This document shows, piece after piece, positions 63,338 to 64,000 of a stretch of DNA of 64,000 nt. The translations under genes and the position numbers were made by a program. Under the pieces are notes generated by a model. The model saw only the letters and a program-made list of their open reading frames with translations. It had not been told where the DNA came from and did no database searches. Source of the stretch: Phoronis australis (Eukaryota > Animalia > Phoronida); contig NMRA01000190.1 of the NCBI GenBank assembly GCA_002633005.1, forward strand, positions 434,001 to 498,000. Reading direction: 5' to 3'. Within the stretch, counting starts at the first letter, position 1, and every line of letters starts with the position of its first letter.

Positions 63338-64000
63338 AGGCGGATTGAGTGGGGGGCCAGGGGACCCCCCTTGGCTGCCGCAAAAAAATAAAACAGCGTA
63401 GGGAAATGTTGAGTTTATTAATAAACCCCGGTAATTAAAATTATACGGATGAAAAAAGATTTAAATGTGTGCAGTTCAAGTGTTGGGGGGGGGGCTCAAA
63501 TCCAATTTCAAGTGTCAAATTCGGAACACGGCGCATTCGTAACGGAACTATGGTTAAGTACATAGGCTCTCCCGCGATATCCCAGGCGACCGGCAGAGGC
63601 GCTGCGCACTACGACTCCGTTTCTGTCGTCTGCTCCACTGTACAATGAAGAAAATTTACTTCCTTTTTTAAAGAAAATGGAACCTGTGTGACGATGAAAA
63701 AACAGAAGCTGTTGGTAAGATGTGAATTTTAATCGAAGTCTTAGTGAATCACTCAGAAACTCGCAATACTCTCTTTGTCAAACCTTATCTTAAGACGATT
63801 TCCAAAGCAATGCCGTCATTATTGCCAACACGAAAAACGGATTTGGTCTTTTGGGCATCTGAAGACTATTTTAAATACGACAAATTTGTTAAGAATTGAT
63901 GGCGTAAAATATGAAACGTGTAATAATCATTACAAAAAGAAGTAGGTTTCGCGCGCAAACGTTGTGGACCATAAACATGTAGGTCTCTTAGTATGTGAGA
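63338..64000 (+). mobile_element. Possible left end of a decayed hAT-type transposon
   Basis: G-run terminal motif (taggcggattgagtggggggccagggg) and a frameshifted MKK-ITSFFK-like start at 63645. Weak evidence. Confidence 0.3.

Overview
AT-rich, intron-containing animal genomic DNA. It is most likely molluscan or lophotrochozoan, because the Kv1 N-terminus closely resembles Aplysia AKv1. Three protein-coding loci are recognisable: (1) MCM9 on the + strand, 16 in-phase GT-AG coding exons from 667 to 16544, with the first ~43 codons upstream of the window; (2) an intronless Shaker/Kv1 potassium channel CDS on the - strand (59202-60731); (3) the ATG-containing exon of U1-70K (SNRNP70) on the + strand (61795-61935), head-to-head with Kv1. 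The ~42 kb between MCM9 and Kv1 has no recognisable host CDS. It holds what looks like a long minus-strand terminal exon (~17410-22947), many MITEs and minisatellites, one assembly gap, and a TTAA-flanked Kolobok-like deletion derivative (THAP plus a convergent KolX-like fragment). The most striking structure is a Helentron-type (HINE) element at 41718-43457. Its internal ~150 bp monomers form a ~452 bp trimeric higher-order repeat, and each monomer keeps a same-orientation CTCF-consensus-like motif (11 in all). All family assignments were made by eye from remembered consensus sequences; no searches were run.
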